DNA from: Candidatus Omnitrophota bacterium
GTDB taxonomy: Bacteria > Omnitrophota > Gorgyraeia > Duberdicusellales > 4484-171
Length of the DNA stretch: 64,000 nucleotides
Reading direction: 5' to 3'
Assembly: GCA_041652815.1 (NCBI GenBank)
Contig: JBAZGN010000001.1
Span: forward strand, 381,855 to 445,854
Part shown: one piece after another, positions 59,240 to 64,000 of the stretch
Numbering within the stretch: position 1 is the stretch's first letter
Layout: each line of letters begins with the position of its first letter
Translations under genes and position numbers: made by a program
The notes under the pieces: model-generated
Databases searched by the model: none
The model's input: the letters and a program-made list of their open reading frames with translations, nothing else
Told to the model about the DNA's origin: nothing

Positions 59240-61732
59240 ATGCCGCAGGATACTATTTATTTAATTGACGGCACGTCCATATGCTACCGTTCTTTTTACG
59301 CAATTTCGCTCTCTAATTCAAAAGGCCTGCCAACGGGTGCTGTATATGGTTTTTATCAGACGCTTAAGAGGATTATTTCGAAATATAACCCTGTATATAT
59401 AGGTATATGTTTCGATGTTTCACGTAAAACTTTTCGCCAGGAAAAATTCAAAGAATACAAAATCCAACGTCCGCCAACGCCCGATGGCTTAAAACAACAG
59501 ATACCGGTTATAAAGAAATTGATAAATTTATTAGGGATAACCTTGATAGAGAAAGAGGGTTTTGAAGCAGACGACATTATCGCAACTATTTCAAGAAAAG
59601 CCGCCTCAGAGAACTTACCTGCTATTATTGTAAGTTCGGATAAGGATATGTATCAGCTGCTTGATAATGACAGGGTAAAAGTTTACGAGCCGGTTAACGA
59701 CGAATTATTAGATGAAAATAGTTTTAAGAAAGAATTTGGTTTCGCCCCGCAGCTTATAATCGACTATCTTTCTTTGGTCGGTGATAGTGTTGATAATGTT
59801 CCGGGAGCAAAAGGAATAGGCAAGGTTGGCGCTTCAAAGCTTATTGCTCAATTTGGTACGGTTGAAGAAATATTCGATAACATAGATAAAGTTTCTCCAA
59901 AAATGAAGGACATACTTTTAAGAGAAAAGGAAAACATTTTTTTAAGCAAAGACCTGGTTACCTTGCGTGATTGCAATATCGATTTAAGCTGGCAGGATTT
60001 AAAAATTAAAGAACGCAATGCCCGCGAGCTTTATGGTTTATTTAAGGAGCTTGAATTTAAGAGCCTGCTTAAAGATATACCGGCGCCTTCTATTAACATA
60101 AAAATTGATATTAAAGAAAAAATTCCCGATGATTTTGAAAAAATTGCGGTTCGTGATAATTTATTTTTTTATGCAGACGGAACAACAGCTTATATTTTAA
60201 GCCCGGATAGAAATTGTACCTACAAAACAGAGATAAATAGCATCAAAAATATAATTTCATCCGAGAATATCAAAAAAATTTCGTATGATTTTAAATCGCA
60301 GCTGCATAATCTTAATTCAATTGAAGACTTATGGTTTGATGTAAAAATAGCAGCCTATCTGCTTGATTCTGCCCTTGCTGACTATGAATTGAGCAGCTTA
60401 GTTTCGCATTACTTGGGCGAATTAGTACCTGAAGTACCGGCTCAAGCCATTCCCCATTTTGTCAGTAAGCTTTATGAGATATTCAATAAACAACTTAAAG
60501 ATACCGGCCTGGATAAGCTTTTTTTTGAAGTTGAGATGCCGCTTGTGCGGGTTTTGTATGACATGGAGCGTTGCGGAATAAAGATTAATACGGAAGCCCT
60601 TTATGAGCTGGGCAAGGAAGTCGATGCTAAATTAGAGAATTCAAAAAAAGCTATATTCAAAATTACAGGCAAGGAATTTAACCTTAATTCACCAAAACAG
60701 CTAAGCGAAGTGCTCTTTAAGGACCTAAAAATTGCCCCGGTTAAAAAAACAAAAACAGGTTTCTCTACCGGGGAAGAAGTTTTAGAAAAATTATCCGTAA
60801 GCCATGAAATAGCAAAGTTTATTTTAGAATACAGGGAATTAAATAAATTGAGAACAACCTATATAACTCCGTTGATTGAAACGGTAAATCTTAACGCAGG
60901 CATACTTTACGCGCAATTTAATCAAACCGCAACCGCAACCGGCAGGCTTTCAGGTTCATCTCCTAATTTGCAAAGCATTCCGGCAAAGGGCGAATTTTCT
61001 ACGAAACTTCGAAGCGCATTTGTCTCTTCGTTTGAAGATGGCTTCATAGTTTGTGCTGATTATTCGCAAATTGAGCTGCGTATACTCGCGCATTTTTCGC
61101 AGGATGAGAAACTTAAAGAAGCGTTTAACAAAAATACAGACGTTCATCGCTATACCGCAAGCCTTCTTTTTGGTAAGCCTGAGGCTGATATAAACGAACA
61201 TGAGCGTAATGCGGCAAAAACGGTAAACTTTGGAATAACTTACGGAATGAGCGCTTACGGCCTTTCCCGGGAGTTGAATGTAGGTATTACTGAAGCGGAT
61301 AATTTTATTACAGATTATTTCAATAGGTATCCAAAAGTAAAAGGCTATATACAGGCAGTTTGTACGCAAGCACAAACAGAAGGATACGTTAAAACAATTT
61401 TAGGTAGGCGCAGGTATCTTCCTGATTTTAAAAGTAATAACCCTCAAGCAAGAGAATTTGCCCAGCGCCAGGCAGTAAATTCTCCTATCCAGGGTTCAAG
61501 CGCTGACCTTATTAAATTGGCGATGGTGAAAATACATGAAGAATTTAGGAAGAATAATCTAAAGTCCAGATTAATAATGCAGATTCATGATGAACTTGTA
61601 TTTGATGTGCATCCCGATGAAGTAGATAAGCTTAAGGAAATCGTTAAGCGCGACATGGAACAAAGCATAAAATTAAGTATCCCTGTAGAAGTTAAGATAA
61701 AAGTTGGGAAAAATTGGGGAGAGGTCCAATAA
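59240..61732 (+). CDS. polA: DNA polymerase I (5'-3' exonuclease plus polymerase; 830 aa, Taq-like size)
   Basis: N-terminal 5' nuclease domain. Polymerase motif A (DYSQIELRILAH), motif B (RRxAKxxNFGxxYG) and motif C (QIHDELVF). Confidence 0.95.
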   Translation: MPQDTIYLIDGTSICYRSFYAISLSNSKGLPTGAVYGFYQTLKRIISKYNPVYIGICFDVSRKTFRQEKFKEYKIQRPPTPDGLKQQIPVIKKLINLLGITLIEKEGFEADDIIATISRKAASENLPAIIVSSDKDMYQLLDNDRVKVYEPVNDELLDENSFKKEFGFAPQLIIDYLSLVGDSVDNVPGAKGIGKVGASKLIAQFGTVEEIFDNIDKVSPKMKDILLREKENIFLSKDLVTLRDCNIDLSWQDLKIKERNARELYGLFKELEFKSLLKDIPAPSINIKIDIKEKIPDDFEKIAVRDNLFFYADGTTAYILSPDRNCTYKTEINSIKNIISSENIKKISYDFKSQLHNLNSIEDLWFDVKIAAYLLDSALADYELSSLVSHYLGELVPEVPAQAIPHFVSKLYEIFNKQLKDTGLDKLFFEVEMPLVRVLYDMERCGIKINTEALYELGKEVDAKLENSKKAIFKITGKEFNLNSPKQLSEVLFKDLKIAPVKKTKTGFSTGEEVLEKLSVSHEIAKFILEYRELNKLRTTYITPLIETVNLNAGILYAQFNQTATATGRLSGSSPNLQSIPAKGEFSTKLRSAFVSSFEDGFIVCADYSQIELRILAHFSQDEKLKEAFNKNTDVHRYTASLLFGKPEADINEHERNAAKTVNFGITYGMSAYGLSRELNVGITEADNFITDYFNRYPKVKGYIQAVCTQAQTEGYVKTILGRRRYLPDFKSNNPQAREFAQRQAVNSPIQGSSADLIKLAMVKIHEEFRKNNLKSRLIMQIHDELVFDVHPDEVDKLKEIVKRDMEQSIKLSIPVEVKIKVGKNWGEVQ

Positions 61733-61839
61733 AAGGTTGCTCGCCTGCCGTAGACAGGCAGGTTACGTAGGTTACGAACGTTACAATAAATCAAGTGATT
61801 TAAGTGTAACCTTCGTAACATATAATATAAGGAGGTTCA

Positions 61840-63222
61840 ATGAAAATAGCTTTGTGTTCGTCAGAAGTTTTTCCGTATGCTAAAACAGGAGGCCTTGCGG
61901 ACGTAACAGGTGCGCTTCCCCTTGCTTTAGCTAAAAATGATTGCGAAGTAAAAGTATTCATGCCTCTTTATAAAAAAATAAAACCGCAAAAAATGTTCAG
62001 TGATTACGGCCTTACAAAAGAAGGAAATGTAGAATTTTATTTTATAAAAAATGATAATTACTTTATGCGTGATGCGTTATACGGAACTGCGCAGGGCGAT
62101 TACGGTGATAATCTTGAAAGATTTTCTTTTTACAGCAGAAAGGTTTTGGAACTGCTTAAGCAGTTAAACTTTAAGCCGGATGTAATACACAGTAATGACT
62201 GGCAGTCCTCCTTGGTAAATATTTATCTTAGGACTATTTATAGCAGCGATGATTTCTTTCGTAAGACGGCAACTATCCTTACTATACATAATCTCGCGTA
62301 TCAGGGTTTATTTGGCCGGGATAAATATCCGGTTCTTGGCTTATCTTGGGATTATTTCAATATGCATTGCCTTGAATTTTATGAAAAAATAAATCTTCTT
62401 AAGGGCGGCATTGTATTTTCTGATATTGTAAGCACAGTAAGCCCTACTTACGCAAAACAGATACAGACCACTGATTATGGCTGTGGGCTTGACGGGGTAT
62501 TAAGGGAAAAAAGAGATAAGCTGACAGGCATACTTAATGCGATTGATTATGACGTTTGGAATCCGGCAAACGATAGTTTGATTTATAAGAATTATTCTCC
62601 TAAAAACCTTGAGGATAAGGCTATCAATAAAAAAATGTTTCAAAAAGAATTAGGCCTTAAGGTTTCCGAAGATACTCTTCTATTGGGAATGGTCAGCCGC
62701 CTGGCAGAGCAAAAAGGCGTAGATATACTTTCGGGTTCCCTCGATTATCTTTTAAAGAAATATCAAATAGTAATACTAGGTTTAGGAGATGAAAAATATC
62801 ATAAGATTCTTAAGAAGAAAGCTGAGAAGTTTAAAAAATCATTTTCACTAAACTTAATGTTTGATGAAAAAATCGCTCACCGTATATATGCGGCCTGTGA
62901 TGGATTCCTTATGCCTTCAAGGTTTGAACCCTGCGGGCTATCTCAAATGATAAGTTATAAATATGCAACTGTGCCTATAGTGCACCGTACTGGAGGCCTC
63001 GCCGATACCGTTATCGATGTGAAAAACCAAGGCGGAGGGTTTGTGATTGATAAGTATACAAGCGATGATTTAAGTTCCGCGATAGACAGGGCAGCCAAGC
63101 TTTTCAAGGATAAAAAAAGTTGGCCTAAGCTGCTTAAAAAAATATCACAATATAATTTTTCCTGGGCGCAGGCAGCAAAGCATTACGTTGATATGTACAA
63201 AAGAGCAAAAAATTCTAGGTAG
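61840..63222 (+). CDS. glgA: glycogen synthase (GT5)
   Basis: N-terminal KTGGLADV motif. Lys-x-Gly-Gly family signature. Length 460 aa. Confidence 0.9.
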   Translation: MKIALCSSEVFPYAKTGGLADVTGALPLALAKNDCEVKVFMPLYKKIKPQKMFSDYGLTKEGNVEFYFIKNDNYFMRDALYGTAQGDYGDNLERFSFYSRKVLELLKQLNFKPDVIHSNDWQSSLVNIYLRTIYSSDDFFRKTATILTIHNLAYQGLFGRDKYPVLGLSWDYFNMHCLEFYEKINLLKGGIVFSDIVSTVSPTYAKQIQTTDYGCGLDGVLREKRDKLTGILNAIDYDVWNPANDSLIYKNYSPKNLEDKAINKKMFQKELGLKVSEDTLLLGMVSRLAEQKGVDILSGSLDYLLKKYQIVILGLGDEKYHKILKKKAEKFKKSFSLNLMFDEKIAHRIYAACDGFLMPSRFEPCGLSQMISYKYATVPIVHRTGGLADTVIDVKNQGGGFVIDKYTSDDLSSAIDRAAKLFKDKKSWPKLLKKISQYNFSWAQAAKHYVDMYKRAKNSR

Positions 63223-63335
63223 ATTCAGAGGACAGATGACAGAGCACAGAGAACAGAGAAAAAGTAAAAAAATATTCTGTACTCTGTTTTCTGTAATCTG
63301 TACTCTGTAAACTAACCGAGCGAAGCGAGGTTAAC

Positions 63336-63935
63336 GTGCCTGTATTTGGTTTAACGGGAAATTTAAACTGCGGGAAAAGCACCGCCCTTAGGTTACTTAA
63401 AAAAAAGGGTGCTTGTATTTTTGACGTCGATAGTAAGATTCACGAATATTATAAAAACAAAAAAGGCTCAATTTACAAGAAAATATCTGCGCTCTTTCCG
63501 CAAGCAATTTTCGATGGGCTAATTGACCGGCGAGAACTTGGAAAAATAGTTTTTTCAGACAGGAAAAGCCTCTTAAGGCTTGAGGCAATCGTGCATCCGG
63601 CTGCCGTGAGAGATTTAAAATCATGGGTAAAAAACGCCAGGCAATCCGGCAGGGTTTGTGTGACAGAAGTCCCGTTACTTTTTGAAAAAAATCTCGAAGG
63701 TATCTTTGACGGAATAATCTTGGTTTATGTAAAAAGAGATGTCTTCTTAAAGAGAATAAAAAAGAATCTTAAACTTTCCGCAGCCACAGCTTCCGCGCGC
63801 TTAAGATGCTTTAATCCGGTTGAAAAGAAGATGAAAAAGGCAGATTTTATTATAAACAACAGTTTCGATATGGAAACTTTAAAAAGGGAAATAGATATTT
63901 TGTGGGGTAGATTGAAACAATATAAACACGAATGA
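63336..63935 (+). CDS. coaE: dephospho-CoA kinase
   Basis: P-loop GLTGNLNCGKST. Size matches CoaE. GTG start with an upstream gagg RBS inside a conserved ccgagcgaagcgagg motif. Confidence 0.8.
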   Translation: MPVFGLTGNLNCGKSTALRLLKKKGACIFDVDSKIHEYYKNKKGSIYKKISALFPQAIFDGLIDRRELGKIVFSDRKSLLRLEAIVHPAAVRDLKSWVKNARQSGRVCVTEVPLLFEKNLEGIFDGIILVYVKRDVFLKRIKKNLKLSAATASARLRCFNPVEKKMKKADFIINNSFDMETLKREIDILWGRLKQYKHE

Positions 63936-64000
63936 TCACGAATGCAAGACGAATTCCCACGAATTTATTCGTGGAAATTCGTTCCAAATTTGTGGATATT

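Overview
This 64 kb window is a low-GC (~38-40%) bacterial chromosomal segment. Almost every gene is on the + strand, and conserved housekeeping blocks are interrupted by accessory insertions. The lineage cannot be named from sequence alone; the gene content suggests an uncultivated Gram-negative-type bacterium.

Housekeeping content, in order:
- korABC-like 2-oxoacid:ferredoxin oxidoreductase (5' partial)
- gltX and glnS
- rplU, obg, proB, proA, nadD
- a phosphoglucomutase/phosphomannomutase, plsC, rpsA, tyrS
- gap, pgk, tpiA, secG
- polA, glgA, coaE

Accessory content:
1. A large Tc/RHS-type polymorphic toxin locus, 23.5-33.1 kb. It has a secreted SpvB-domain protein, then a 2110-aa cadherin-like / FG-GAP / RHS-repeat protein ending in a glycine-zipper-rich C-terminal toxin module, then a small putative immunity gene and four small secreted lipoprotein genes. 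The first ORF is preceded by an ~80-bp TTGACA-17-TGnTATAtC promoter element.
2. That same promoter element, ~85% identical, precedes a complete type II secretion-like cluster (gspE-F-G-H-I-J-K-L-M, a MerR-like gene, exeA-like, gspC/pilP-like, and a secretin) at 39.3-51.9 kb. I read this as a co-regulated toxin-plus-secretion system, and it is the most interesting candidate in the window.
3. Four gene insertions bordered by duplicated ends of the neighbouring core gene:
   - a 43-bp perfect duplicate of the nadD 5' end, upstream of an inserted nucleotidyltransferase-fold gene;
   - a ~60-bp duplicate of the tyrS 3' end, bounding a Fic island;
   - a 21-bp duplicate of the gspE 5' end;
   - a ~250-bp diverged duplicate of a Gly-rich protein gene 5' end, bounding an inserted GT-C glycosyltransferase.
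4. A tRNA-Gln(CUG) followed by a small GIY-YIG gene, flanked by inverted repeats.
5. Two convergent small secreted-protein genes, each preceded by the same ~110-nt structured leader in inverted orientation. The leader copies carry compensatory base changes.

Two further observations:
- Almost every intergenic spacer contains a hairpin built from short repeated words and their reverse complements. Several distinct word families recur at different loci.
- Two tandem GalT/HIT-like paralogues lie between the T2SS and gap clusters. One of them lacks the nucleophilic histidine.
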